A stretch of DNA of 52,840 nucleotides from Candidatus Uhrbacteria bacterium (GTDB lineage Bacteria > Patescibacteriota > Patescibacteriia > UBA9934), in assembly GCA_943350635.1 (NCBI GenBank), contig CALRAI010000003.1, positions 1-52,840 on the forward strand, read 5' to 3'. Below, one piece after another: positions 19,228 to 28,593 of the stretch. Below the pieces are notes generated by a model. The model made no database searches and was not told the origin of the DNA. It saw only the letters and a list, made by a program, of their open reading frames with translations. Every line of letters begins with the position of its first letter. Position 1 is the first letter of the stretch. The translations under genes were made by a program, and so were the position numbers.

Positions 19228-20196
19228 ATGGGATTTTTTGGAGGAAAGAAACCGGTTTCACCAGTTGCTGAAACTCCTGCACCAAAGCCGGAGGAATTGG
19301 GTGTGATTATTCGTGTGATGCCGAAGGATTTTCTTGGAAAAGAAGCGTCGTTACGTGTTGAAGTTGCTCCGGTAGTCGCGCCTGTTGTTGCGGTAGTAGC
19401 TCCGTTGCCTGTAGTTCCTGTTGCACCGCTTCCTCCTAAACGCCGTGTTCCGCTTGCGCTTTGGATTATTCTTGGCATCGTGTTGCTGCTTGCGATTGGC
19501 GCTGTTGCGTATGTCATTCTTACGAAAGCTGAACCGCAGCCGGTGGTTGCTCCGGTGGTGGTTGCAACGCCGCTGCCAAAGACTGAGCCTGCAAAGGTTG
19601 TTCCCGTGGTGGTTGCTACGCCGAAGCCGGTTGTACCGGTGCAGTCTACGGATTCGGATAGCGACGGCTTAACGGATATTGAAGAGCGAATGTACGGCAC
19701 AGATTATCGAAATCCAGATTCGGATAGCGATACATTCCTTGATGGAAACGAAGTCTATCATCGGTACGATCCAAAGGGATTATCGCCGTCCACGTTGTTG
19801 GATACTGGCGCGGTGAAAGTGTATTCCGATGTAACCTTGCCATTCACGGTGTACTACCCAATTAGTTGGAAGGTTACTGCGGATCTTGCGAAGAGTCTTG
19901 TAACATTTAAGACACCAGCATTGGCATCGGTAACAGTAGAATGGGCGGTGAAAGACAAGTTGCTTACCGTTGAAGATTGGGTGCTGAAGAATGTGAAAGG
20001 TGCAGATATCACCACGTTAAAGTCGTCGTATACGAAAGAAGGATATTACACGTTGCGCAGTAAAGATGATTTGGTGGCGTATCTCGACCTTGGCACATCC
20101 GTGTACACCATGACGTATGCGTTAAGCACGTCTACGGAAATTTCCTACATCCAAACCTTCGCGATGATGATTAATAGCTTTCATCTTGTCCCATGA
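19228..20196 (+). CDS. Membrane-anchored protein with TSP3-like repeats and PsbP-like C-terminal domain
   Basis: TM; DSDSDGLTD..E; F.V.YP..W motif. Confidence 0.7.
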   Translation: MGFFGGKKPVSPVAETPAPKPEELGVIIRVMPKDFLGKEASLRVEVAPVVAPVVAVVAPLPVVPVAPLPPKRRVPLALWIILGIVLLLAIGAVAYVILTKAEPQPVVAPVVVATPLPKTEPAKVVPVVVATPKPVVPVQSTDSDSDGLTDIEERMYGTDYRNPDSDSDTFLDGNEVYHRYDPKGLSPSTLLDTGAVKVYSDVTLPFTVYYPISWKVTADLAKSLVTFKTPALASVTVEWAVKDKLLTVEDWVLKNVKGADITTLKSSYTKEGYYTLRSKDDLVAYLDLGTSVYTMTYALSTSTEISYIQTFAMMINSFHLVP

Positions 20197-20621
20197 TTAC
20201 CCTTGATGTTGTAGACGACATGGTTCCGATTGGTGCTCGATTTTCCGATGAACACTATCAGCGGATTACTGCGGCGTTTGCGGATCGTTTTTCAGATACT
20301 GAAGGTACGATTGGGCTTTCGTATGTGGACGATACGGAAATTCGTCGACTGAATCGGCTGTATCGTCAAAAGGACGCGGTTACGGATGTGCTTTCGTTTG
20401 CGTCGGCTTCCGATGTTGGTGTGCAAACAGGAATGCTTGGTGATGTAGTGATTTCTTTTGATCAAGCAGTAAGACAAGCTGAAGAAGGGGACATTGAGCT
20501 CGAAATCGCCGATCTTATTATTCACGGTATGCTGCACGTGCTCGGGTACGATCATGAAGTTGCGGAGGACGCCGCAATAATGTTCCCGATCCAAGATTCT
20601 CTTGTAGCGAAAATACTATGA
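20193..20621 (+). CDS. ybeY: rRNA maturation endoribonuclease YbeY
   Basis: TDVLSF and HGMLHVLGYDH motifs. Confidence 0.95.
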   Translation: MITLDVVDDMVPIGARFSDEHYQRITAAFADRFSDTEGTIGLSYVDDTEIRRLNRLYRQKDAVTDVLSFASASDVGVQTGMLGDVVISFDQAVRQAEEGDIELEIADLIIHGMLHVLGYDHEVAEDAAIMFPIQDSLVAKIL

Positions 20622-21013
20622 TCTCCATGAAGCGATTTTGGAAAAGTTTTCAACATGCGGTGCGGGGCATTGTGAGTATCGCGGAGGAAGAACAGAGTTT
20701 TCGCTTACAAATGCTTGCTGCGGGGGTTGTGTTTGGCTTAATGATCGTAATGCCAACGTTACAGATTTGGGAGCGAGTTGCGCTCACACTTATGGTGGTA
20801 GCGGTGTTGGTTTTAGAAATTGTGAATAGTATTTTTGAGCGTTTGGCAGATGCTGTGGAGCCACGAGTAAGCCCAATGGTGAAGGAAATTAAGGATATGA
20901 TGGCCGGAGCAGTGTTGTTAACGGCAATTGCGTCTGTTCTTGTTGGCTATTTGATTTTTTGGCCACACATGGCGCCAACGCTCACGGCGCTCTGGAAAGC
21001 GATTGTGTTATAA
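20618..21013 (+). CDS. dgkA: Diacylglycerol/undecaprenol kinase
   Basis: SFQHAVRG, EIVNSIFERLAD, KDMMAGAVL; overlaps ybeY. Confidence 0.9.
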   Translation: MISMKRFWKSFQHAVRGIVSIAEEEQSFRLQMLAAGVVFGLMIVMPTLQIWERVALTLMVVAVLVLEIVNSIFERLADAVEPRVSPMVKEIKDMMAGAVLLTAIASVLVGYLIFWPHMAPTLTALWKAIVL

Positions 21014-21025
21014 TTCGGCAGAGTT

Positions 21026-22285
21026 ATGGCTGACGAAATCCTGACCGGTCTTGATATCGGGTCTTCAACTATTCGAGTTGCAGTCCTGCAGATGATGCCT
21101 GGCGAAGACGGAAAGCCCCGTCTTCATGTGATTGGCGCGGTTTCGTCGCCAAGTTTTGGCGTGCATCGTGGCGCAATTTCCAGTTTGGAAGACGCGGTTT
21201 CTTCTGTGTCCAAGGCATTGGAAAAAGCGGAACGCATGACGGGTGTTGCTATTAACAGTGCATGGGTTGGTATTGCTGGGCAGAGTATTTTGGTGCAGGA
21301 GAGTCGTGGTGTTATTGGTGTTTCGCGAACGGATGCAGAAATGCGAGAGGAAGATGTTGAACGCGCCATGGAAGCTGCACGAAGTGTTGCTACGCCAACC
21401 AACTACGACATTCTGCATGTTATCCCAAAAAGTTTTACGGTGGATGGTCAACGTGGTGTGAAGGATCCTGTGGGAATGAACGGCATTCGTCTTGAAGTTG
21501 ATGCGCTTATTATCGAAGCGCTTGCGTCACATATTAAAAATCTTACCAAGAGCGTGTATCGCACGGGTTTGGATATCGACGATTTGGTATATACGCCACT
21601 TGCGACTGCTGAGGCGGTGCTTACCCAGCGGCAGAAAGAACTTGGCGTGTGTGTGCTCAACGTGGGTGCGTCGTCGACGACGTTGGCGGTGTTTGAAGAA
21701 GGGGATTTGCTTCATACCGCGGTGTTGCCGTTTGGTGGGGATCATATTACGAACGATATTGCGATTGGCTTGCGTACATCTATCGACGTTGCAGAGCAGA
21801 TTAAGCTTCAGCACGGACAAGCTTTGCCAGATAAAGTGGATAGGAAGGCACAGTTTGCGTTGGCGGACTTTGGGATTGAGGGCGACGAAATGGTGAAATC
21901 ACGGTTTATTGCGGAGATTATCGAAGCACGGTTAGAAGAGATTTTTGAGGCGGCCGATAATGAGCTGCGCAAGATTGACCGTTCCGGTATGCTTCCGGTT
22001 GGTGCGGTGCTTACGGGGGGATCTGTAAAGCTTGAAGGAGTTGTCGATGTAGCGAAACGCATTCTTCGGCTGCCGTGTTCGCTTGGTATTCCTACGAGTG
22101 TTTCTAGTGTTATCGACGAAGTGCATGATCCGGCGTTTGCAACGGCGATTGGTTTGGCAGTGTGGGGGAATGCTATTCGCGGTGTGGGGAAGCGAAAGTT
22201 CTCACTTGGATCCCTTTTGAAATTTAAGTCGGTGGATAAGGTTGCGGATCAGTTGCGGAAGTGGATGAAGTCGTTGGTGCCGTAA
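21026..22285 (+). CDS. ftsA: Cell division protein FtsA
   Basis: GLDIGSSTI, GGDHITNDIA, VLTGG motifs. Confidence 0.97.
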   Translation: MADEILTGLDIGSSTIRVAVLQMMPGEDGKPRLHVIGAVSSPSFGVHRGAISSLEDAVSSVSKALEKAERMTGVAINSAWVGIAGQSILVQESRGVIGVSRTDAEMREEDVERAMEAARSVATPTNYDILHVIPKSFTVDGQRGVKDPVGMNGIRLEVDALIIEALASHIKNLTKSVYRTGLDIDDLVYTPLATAEAVLTQRQKELGVCVLNVGASSTTLAVFEEGDLLHTAVLPFGGDHITNDIAIGLRTSIDVAEQIKLQHGQALPDKVDRKAQFALADFGIEGDEMVKSRFIAEIIEARLEEIFEAADNELRKIDRSGMLPVGAVLTGGSVKLEGVVDVAKRILRLPCSLGIPTSVSSVIDEVHDPAFATAIGLAVWGNAIRGVGKRKFSLGSLLKFKSVDKVADQLRKWMKSLVP

Positions 22286-22301
22286 AAAACTTGGCTAACC
22301 A

Positions 22302-22330
22302 TTGACATTTTTCAATTTTTGGGGTGCAAT
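22302..22330 (+). promoter_or_regulatory. Putative sigma70 promoter
   Basis: TTGACA-17-TGCAAT. Confidence 0.55.
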
Positions 22331-22376
22331 GTGCTAGCCATTTTGGCTGTTTGTCACCCGCACCTGGAGAGCTTTA

Positions 22377-23276
22377 ATGCTCAGCTTTCTCCGTTCTCTC
22401 TACCGCACCAGCGTCGTTGTCGGAGCTGCCGTCGTTGGCGGACTTCTGACCCACTCCAACCCCACTGTTGGCTCCAAGATCGCCGCGATCTACGCCCTGT
22501 GGACCCCGGAAGCAGCGCCGTTTGTTGTTGCAGGTATCGGTGCCTTGATCGGTGGTATCACCGTCTCTTGGTTCCTCCGCGACCTCTCAGCTTGGCACAA
22601 GCTCGGAGAGCCGGCTCGTGAGAAGATCCGCGCCGACCGCGAGATCCTCAACGCGCAGATCGCCGCCGCGGACAAGAAGCGCGACGATGCCGACAAGGCT
22701 GCCGAGTTCGAGCGCTGGACCATCGAGCGCCTCGCGCCTTGGAAGTCCCTTCTCGACACCATCGAGGAGCCCGCGCTCTACGCTGAGGTGGAGGCGCGGT
22801 TCCGTAAGTGCTATGGCGTCAGCCGTAAGGAGGAGCAGAGCCTTCAGGACGGTTGGATGGCGGTATGGCTTGTGAGCAAGGCGGTTGACTCCCACAAGGC
22901 GGGCGCCGCAGTCGATGAACCCCGTGTCTTCGCCAAGCTCGATCGTGCCTTCTGCCTTGCTGGCGGGATTGGTGCCTGGCGCCAGATCCGCGTCGTCACG
23001 GACGCTGGGACGGTTCTCGTGCCTTTCTTCAAGGGCCAGGCTTCGCAGCTGATCGCCCTTTGGGGTGGAGTGCACGACAGGAATGGTGAGTTCGGCAAGT
23101 TTACGGCGTGGATTCTGAGCGGCGCGCCGCAGCAGAGTGCGATGACGACTTCCGCTACCCGCCGCGCCACGCCTCCCACCCCGGTTCTCGTTTCAATGAG
23201 TCCGGATCCGACCGATCCCGCCGCGCCGCCGCCTGTTCTCGGTGAGATCTCGGCTACGGTGGTTCCCAAGCCCTAG
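22377..23276 (+). CDS. GC-rich hypothetical membrane protein inserted between ftsA and ftsZ
   Basis: CCTGGAG SD; two N-terminal TM segments, coiled coil, Pro-rich tail; C-ending codons. Confidence 0.75.
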   Translation: MLSFLRSLYRTSVVVGAAVVGGLLTHSNPTVGSKIAAIYALWTPEAAPFVVAGIGALIGGITVSWFLRDLSAWHKLGEPAREKIRADREILNAQIAAADKKRDDADKAAEFERWTIERLAPWKSLLDTIEEPALYAEVEARFRKCYGVSRKEEQSLQDGWMAVWLVSKAVDSHKAGAAVDEPRVFAKLDRAFCLAGGIGAWRQIRVVTDAGTVLVPFFKGQASQLIALWGGVHDRNGEFGKFTAWILSGAPQQSAMTTSATRRATPPTPVLVSMSPDPTDPAAPPPVLGEISATVVPKP

Positions 23277-23296
23277 GTCGTTTACGTCAGGTTCCC

Positions 23297-23348
23297 TACG
23301 CAACGCCGCCCCGACCATTCGAAAGAGTGGCCGGGGCGTGTGCATTTC
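23297..23348 (+). terminator. 3' hairpin of the singleton family
   Basis: acgcaacgc-cgccccgaccattc-gaaa-gagtggccggggcg-tgtgcattt. Confidence 0.6.
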
Positions 23349-23505
23349 CGGCATGTTTTCCCCATTTCATCCCCAGGATTCATTGATCATCCTTCCCTGA
23401 TACGATACGGTGAGCACATTGAGTGTTCGGGGTTGATGAAGCTGGTATAATTCTCGTATTCACCTTGTTCACTTCTTGGTTTTCTGAATCTCTTGGCTGT
23501 GTATT

Positions 23506-24864
23506 ATGGCAGAAATTAAACCCGATATCGAAACCTGTGCCAAAATTAAGGTTATCGGTGTTGGTGGCGGCGGTGGCGCGGCAATTACCAGAATGATCTT
23601 GGCGAATTTGCGCGGGGTTGATTTTATTGCCGTTAATACCGATGCTCAGGCGTTGCATGCCAATTTGGCAGTAACAAAAATTCCTATTGGAAAAACGGTT
23701 ACGCGTGGGCTTGGTGCCGGAATGAACCCAGAAATGGGTCGTCGATCGGCGGAGGAAAATGCGAACGATTTGCGGAACGTTATTGCTGGTGCGGACATGA
23801 TTTTCTTAACGTGTGGCTTGGGTGGCGGTACGGGAAGTGGTGCTATTCCAGAAATTGCGAAGATTGCGCGCGAAGTTGGCGCGCTTACGATTGCTGTTGT
23901 TACAAAGCCGTTTGGATTTGAGGGCGCACAGCGCAAACGGATTGCGGAAGATGCGTATCAGGAGCTTTTGCAGCACGTGGATACGATTATTGCGATTCCA
24001 AATGATCGCGTGCTCCAGATTATCGATAAGAAAACATCGTTGCTTGATGCGTTTAAGATTGTTGACGATGTGCTTCGTCAAGGCGTGCAGGGAATTGCGG
24101 AGATTATTACGTTACCTGGACTTATCAACGTTGACTTTGCCGACGTGAAAGCGATTATGGCAAATGCGGGATCGGCCTTAATGGGTATTGGAAAAGCGTC
24201 TGGTGAGAATCGAGCCGTCGATGCTGCAAAGCAAGCTATCGCAAGTCCGTTGTTGGAAATTTCGATTGATGGAGCAAAGGGGATTTTGTTTACGGTTACT
24301 GGTGGTCCGGATCTGGCCATGTACGAAGTGGCGGAAGCCGCGAAGGTGATTACGGGTTCTGCGGACGACGATGCTCGTGTGATTTTTGGTGCGAATATCG
24401 ACGAGACGTTGGGTGATGAAGTCCGAATTACGGTGGTTGCAACGGGTTTTGATAACCGTGAAATGCGCAGAGCGCCAAGTTTGGCGGGAGATATCGAAGT
24501 TGCACCGCGATCCACGTGGTCCCCAACGCCTGTGGCTCGTCGCGACGATTTCCGGGGTACATCGAGAATGGCATCGCCATACGAGGCGCCGTTTGAAAAG
24601 CGAAACGTTCCTTCGGCACAGCCGCCAGTGGAACGAGATGCGTATCAGCAGCAAGAAGCACCGCAGCCATCGCGTTCTGCCATGGCGAATGTGATTCCGT
24701 CCGAGCCGCAATTTACTCGCAGAACACCACAGCCTGCATACGATGAATACCAGCAACCAGCGCAGCCGCAGCAGCAGGCTCCTGCACCTGTACAGCAACC
24801 ACCGCAAAAGAAAGATGATGATGATATGGGTATCCCTGCGTTTATTAGGCGCAAAATGATGTGA
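23506..24864 (+). CDS. ftsZ: Cell division protein FtsZ
   Basis: GGGTGSG tubulin signature, NVDFAD, C-terminal IPAFIRRK. Confidence 0.98.
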   Translation: MAEIKPDIETCAKIKVIGVGGGGGAAITRMILANLRGVDFIAVNTDAQALHANLAVTKIPIGKTVTRGLGAGMNPEMGRRSAEENANDLRNVIAGADMIFLTCGLGGGTGSGAIPEIAKIAREVGALTIAVVTKPFGFEGAQRKRIAEDAYQELLQHVDTIIAIPNDRVLQIIDKKTSLLDAFKIVDDVLRQGVQGIAEIITLPGLINVDFADVKAIMANAGSALMGIGKASGENRAVDAAKQAIASPLLEISIDGAKGILFTVTGGPDLAMYEVAEAAKVITGSADDDARVIFGANIDETLGDEVRITVVATGFDNREMRRAPSLAGDIEVAPRSTWSPTPVARRDDFRGTSRMASPYEAPFEKRNVPSAQPPVERDAYQQQEAPQPSRSAMANVIPSEPQFTRRTPQPAYDEYQQPAQPQQQAPAPVQQPPQKKDDDDMGIPAFIRRKMM

Positions 24865-25319
24865 GATGTCCCGTTTGCGACTATAAATCCACGAAAGTTA
24901 TTGACTCTCGCTTGTCGCAGGACGGAATGGCGGTGCGCAGAAGGAGAGAGTGTGAAAAGGTGCGATGCGCGTTTCGATTTAGCACGCAGGAGGAAATTGA
25001 GCTGATGGACTGTGCGGTGGTGAAGCGTAATGGAAGACGGGAGCCGTACTTGCGAGAGAAGCTGGAATCGGGATTAAAAAAGTCGCTTGAAAAACGGCCC
25101 TATACGCAAAATCAATTTCATACACTTGTTCACACTATTGAACGTGATATTCAGAAGATTCGTGGGGGAGAAATTACGTCGGCACAGATGGGAGAGATTG
25201 TGATGCAGCATTTAAAGACATTCGACAAAGTTGCGTATATTCGATTTGCTTCCGTGTACCGATCGTTTGAGGGGCTGGAAATGTTTGCAAAAGAATTGAA
25301 AGAATTATCTGGGAAATAA
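24861..25319 (+). CDS. nrdR: Transcriptional repressor NrdR
   Basis: CPVC...VIDSR...RRRREC, ATP cone, VAYIRFASVY. Confidence 0.95.
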   Translation: MRCPVCDYKSTKVIDSRLSQDGMAVRRRRECEKVRCAFRFSTQEEIELMDCAVVKRNGRREPYLREKLESGLKKSLEKRPYTQNQFHTLVHTIERDIQKIRGGEITSAQMGEIVMQHLKTFDKVAYIRFASVYRSFEGLEMFAKELKELSGK

Positions 25320-25340
25320 CGATGCTATACTTTGCGGTAT

Positions 25341-26744
25341 ATGCATCGAAGAACACGGATTGTGTGCACTATTGGGCCAGCGTCGTCTGCGCCGTCGGTT
25401 ATGGTTCGGATGATGCGTTCCGGTATGGACGTTGCGCGGCTGAATTTTTCTCATGGCACGCATCCTGAGCATGAAATCTTGTTGCGAAATATTCGATCGT
25501 GCGCAAAAAAAGCGCAGAAACACATTACGATTCTGCAGGATTTACAGGGTCCGAAGATTCGCGTTGGGACGTTGCCGGACGCGGGTGTTGAACTGCATCA
25601 GCACGAAACGATCAGTTTTTCTACAGCTATTGATATGTACGTGGTCGGCGGTGCATTGCCGGTAACGTACAAAAATTTGCATAAGGATGTTCATGCTGGC
25701 GATAGAATTTTGCTGGACGACGGCTTCATGGATGTGACTATTACCAGCGTGAAAGGAAAAGTGATTCATGCAAAAGTTATTCATGGCGGATTGTTGAAGT
25801 CCCACAAAGGAATGAATTTGCCAGATTCGGTGATGACGATTGATCCCTTTACGGAAAAGGATCATGCAGATTTACTTTTTGGTGTGGCGCATGGGGTGGA
25901 TTGGTTGGTGCTATCGTTTATTTCAAAGCCGGAAGTGGTGCAGCGTGTGCGAAAGATTGCGAATGCTACAGCGCGTGCGAACAAGGTTCCACGACCATGG
26001 TTGATGGCAAAAATTGAGACGGCAAAGGCGATTGAGCGATTTGATGAGATTCTTGATGTTGTGGACGGTATTATGCTTGGCCGTGGGGATCTTGGTTTAG
26101 AAATTCCCATGGAAGATGTTCCGGAAGTACAAAAAGATATTATCGAAAAGTGTAGACGTGCCGGAAAGCCGATTATTGTGGCAACACAGATGCTCGACTC
26201 AATGACGCGGAATCCACGAGCCACGCGTGCCGAGGTTTCGGACGTCGCCAATGCAGTGTTCGACCATACGGATGCGGTAATGCTTTCTGCAGAATCCGCT
26301 TCTGGCAGGTATCCATCGGCCACGGTGCAGGCAATGGCGGCAGTGATTGATGAAGCAGAGAAGTCGCGTTTTGATTTGGTGGAGGCGCCGGTTGCGGACG
26401 TGGATAATCCTGTTCATGCGTTTGCGCACAGCGTTGCTGTTATGGCGACGAGGGGAATTATCGATGCTGTTGTTACTACCGCAGCCTTGCCTGACGTCGC
26501 CCTTGCGTTGCCACGGTATCGTCCGCATGTACCTATTTTGGTGGGATGTGAAACGGATGCGGATGCGCGTCGAGTTGTGCTGTATGCCGGTGTTACGCCT
26601 TTTGTACTGCCAACGGACTCAGGAACGTTTGTTCCGCGATCCCATGTATTCCTGGTTCGTAAAGGCTATATAAAATCTCGGGACCGTGTGGCGTATGTGG
26701 TAGGTGGGGGAGGGTCACTATCGTTGACGATGTACGGGGGATAG
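25341..26744 (+). CDS. pyk: Pyruvate kinase
   Basis: TRIVCTIGPAS, RLNFSHG, AKIE, RGDLG, ATQMLDSM. Confidence 0.96.
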   Translation: MHRRTRIVCTIGPASSAPSVMVRMMRSGMDVARLNFSHGTHPEHEILLRNIRSCAKKAQKHITILQDLQGPKIRVGTLPDAGVELHQHETISFSTAIDMYVVGGALPVTYKNLHKDVHAGDRILLDDGFMDVTITSVKGKVIHAKVIHGGLLKSHKGMNLPDSVMTIDPFTEKDHADLLFGVAHGVDWLVLSFISKPEVVQRVRKIANATARANKVPRPWLMAKIETAKAIERFDEILDVVDGIMLGRGDLGLEIPMEDVPEVQKDIIEKCRRAGKPIIVATQMLDSMTRNPRATRAEVSDVANAVFDHTDAVMLSAESASGRYPSATVQAMAAVIDEAEKSRFDLVEAPVADVDNPVHAFAHSVAVMATRGIIDAVVTTAALPDVALALPRYRPHVPILVGCETDADARRVVLYAGVTPFVLPTDSGTFVPRSHVFLVRKGYIKSRDRVAYVVGGGGSLSLTMYGG

Positions 26745-27113
26745 CTCCAAAAGATCTGATCCTTTGAGTGGGTTGGGCGCTGCGAAACTCGATGAGTTCA
26801 GCCTATCGCATTTTGAAACCGACATGGTGTTTTTTGGGGGTTTTAAAACAGGGCAATGTAACAGCGTACGATCATGAAAAGCAGCCAAACACAATCGCGC
26901 AATCATTCTGGTCGATTCACGATCGTGAATAGCCTCATCGGCGTTGGGTATAGACGCCACAGTGAGACCATAGATTTCTTAATGCGAATCGTTCGCATTA
27001 GCAAACACCCCCATTTGAAAACGTACTACCTTACTCGCCAATATAACCAAATCGCTGACATCTCGTTCCAACCCCTCTAAAGAATCCCATCAGTACTGTC
27101 TCATCCCAAACAC

Positions 27114-27143
27114 AAAAGCGTAGCCATCTCTGGCTACGCTTTT
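27114..27143. terminator. Bidirectional intrinsic terminator
   Basis: aaaagcgtagcca-tctc-tggctacgctttt, perfect 13-bp stem. Confidence 0.75.
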
Positions 27144-27156
27144 CGAAATGCCGATC

Positions 27157-27378
27157 TTACATCTTGCATTGCTTGCACTTGCCACAAAACAACATCGCAA
27201 TCGCGGAAAGCCCAACGAGCATGTACACAATATTCTCTAAGGTTCCGTTGGAAACGTTTCCAAGAAGGGAGTGCACAAGGTTCCATTGGAAGAATCCAAC
27301 CAGTCCCCAGTTGATTGCACCCACCCACACCAAAACACCAGCTACCTTGTGTACCGAGCATTCGCCTTTAGCCATCAT
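27157..27378 (-). CDS. DUF378 family small membrane protein
   Basis: LVWVGAINWGLVGFFQWNLV...IVYMLVGLSA. Confidence 0.85.
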   Translation of the reverse strand: MMAKGECSVHKVAGVLVWVGAINWGLVGFFQWNLVHSLLGNVSNGTLENIVYMLVGLSAIAMLFCGKCKQCKM

Positions 27379-27456
27379 AGAAACTCGTTTAAGAATAATA
27401 TCTTCAAATACATAATACATGAAATTCATGACGTTTTTCATGCACTGTGGAAAACG

Positions 27457-27485
27457 TTGACACTATGGGTGTTGATTGATGTAGT
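27457..27485 (+). promoter_or_regulatory. Putative sigma70 promoter
   Basis: TTGACA-17-TGTAGT; GGAGG before ATG 27507. Confidence 0.5.
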
Positions 27486-27506
27486 ACTCCTGCCATTGGA
27501 GGGTAT

Positions 27507-28373
27507 ATGGCCACTTTTCGTCTGTTTCGCGGTTCTGCCGCGTTCGTCTTCGGCATCACTGTGGTTGCGGGATCGGCGATCGCTATGATCGTTCTTGCGC
27601 TTCTCGAGCGTATCATCCCGTTCGTCTACCAGGCTCCGAGCCGTTTGCGCAGGGCGCCGGCTGCAGCAGGGTGGCTGTTCTGGAATATTGTAGGTCGATT
27701 CGCGCTCGGCGCTCGTGGTGAATGCTCTGGGAACATCCCGTCGGCTGAGGAAGGAGAGGTGCGCATTCTCATCGCGAACCACCCGTCCATGATTGGTGCG
27801 ATGTTCTTTCTCGCCTTCGTGAGCAAGTTCGTCAGTACGCAGTTGGTCTGGATTGGAAAATCTGAGCATCTGTGGAATCCGTTTATCGGCTGGCCCTTGT
27901 GGCTGATCGACGGCGCTATCTTCATCTACCGTGCTGCCCGCGAGCAGGCACTTGCCGCCATCGGGCTCAAAGTTCCTTTTGCAGCAGCACAAGGTGCGGT
28001 GATCGGCATCTTCCCGGACAGTTCTCGTCCCACAAGTAGTGCAATCGCAAAAAACCACGCACGCCACGCTGCTCGCGGTGTGGACGTTTCGCAGTTTCCT
28101 CACACTCTCGTGCCAAGCTCCGGCGGCGTAGCCGAGATTCTGGACGGGGTTCGCGGCAGGAAAGTCATCATCATCAACGTCACAGCCGGATTCAACCGGC
28201 CAGACACGCGGTACGGCGACATCTTCGGCCTGGTTGGTTCCACGTACTTCTTTCACGTGGAAGTGCTCGAGAACTTTCCCGCCGGTCTCGACGAGCGGCG
28301 CGCTGCGCTCATCGCGCTGTGGGTAGAGAAGAATCAGCGACTTTGTCACTGGAAGCAGTCAGGATTTTTGTGA
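27507..28373 (+). CDS. Divergent PlsC-like lysophospholipid acyltransferase
   Basis: ILIANHPS, WIGKSEH...PFIGW, IFIYR, IFPDSSR, HTLVP resemble acyltransferase blocks I-IV. Confidence 0.7.
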   Translation: MATFRLFRGSAAFVFGITVVAGSAIAMIVLALLERIIPFVYQAPSRLRRAPAAAGWLFWNIVGRFALGARGECSGNIPSAEEGEVRILIANHPSMIGAMFFLAFVSKFVSTQLVWIGKSEHLWNPFIGWPLWLIDGAIFIYRAAREQALAAIGLKVPFAAAQGAVIGIFPDSSRPTSSAIAKNHARHAARGVDVSQFPHTLVPSSGGVAEILDGVRGRKVIIINVTAGFNRPDTRYGDIFGLVGSTYFFHVEVLENFPAGLDERRAALIALWVEKNQRLCHWKQSGFL

Positions 28374-28516
28374 GAAACTTCCGTAACCGCATTCGTGGTG
28401 CGGGCTCAACGAGAGCCTCGCCCTCGGGTGCGGTTTTTGCATTGAAATTGCGCGGATGGCTTGGCTTGTCAAAACCCGCGAGCGTGGTACTATATCGCAG
28501 CCTAAATGATTCATTT

Positions 28517-28593
28517 GGGTCGGTAGCTCAACTGGTTAGAGCGCTGCCCTGTCACGGCAGAGGTTGCGGGTTCGAGTCCCGTCCGTCCCGCCA
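28517..28593 (+). tRNA. tRNA-Asp(GUC)
   Basis: Cloverleaf; anticodon GTC 28551-28553; TTCGA loop; encoded CCA; upstream TTGTCA-16-TACTAT. Confidence 0.96.

Noticed and set aside
23297-23348. Singleton 3' hairpins as integron attC sites
   Set aside because: No consistent RYYYAAC/GTTRRRY ends, no IntI in the window, and the genes are dispersed with their own promoters.
27438-28349. 303-aa minus-strand ORF
   Set aside because: Antisense to the acyltransferase-like gene, which has the promoter, SD and family motifs.
28586-28586. U4-U69 acceptor mismatch in tRNA-Asp as damage caused by integration
   Set aside because: The same T is present in the attR copies at 40323 and 41142, so it appears to predate the insertion.
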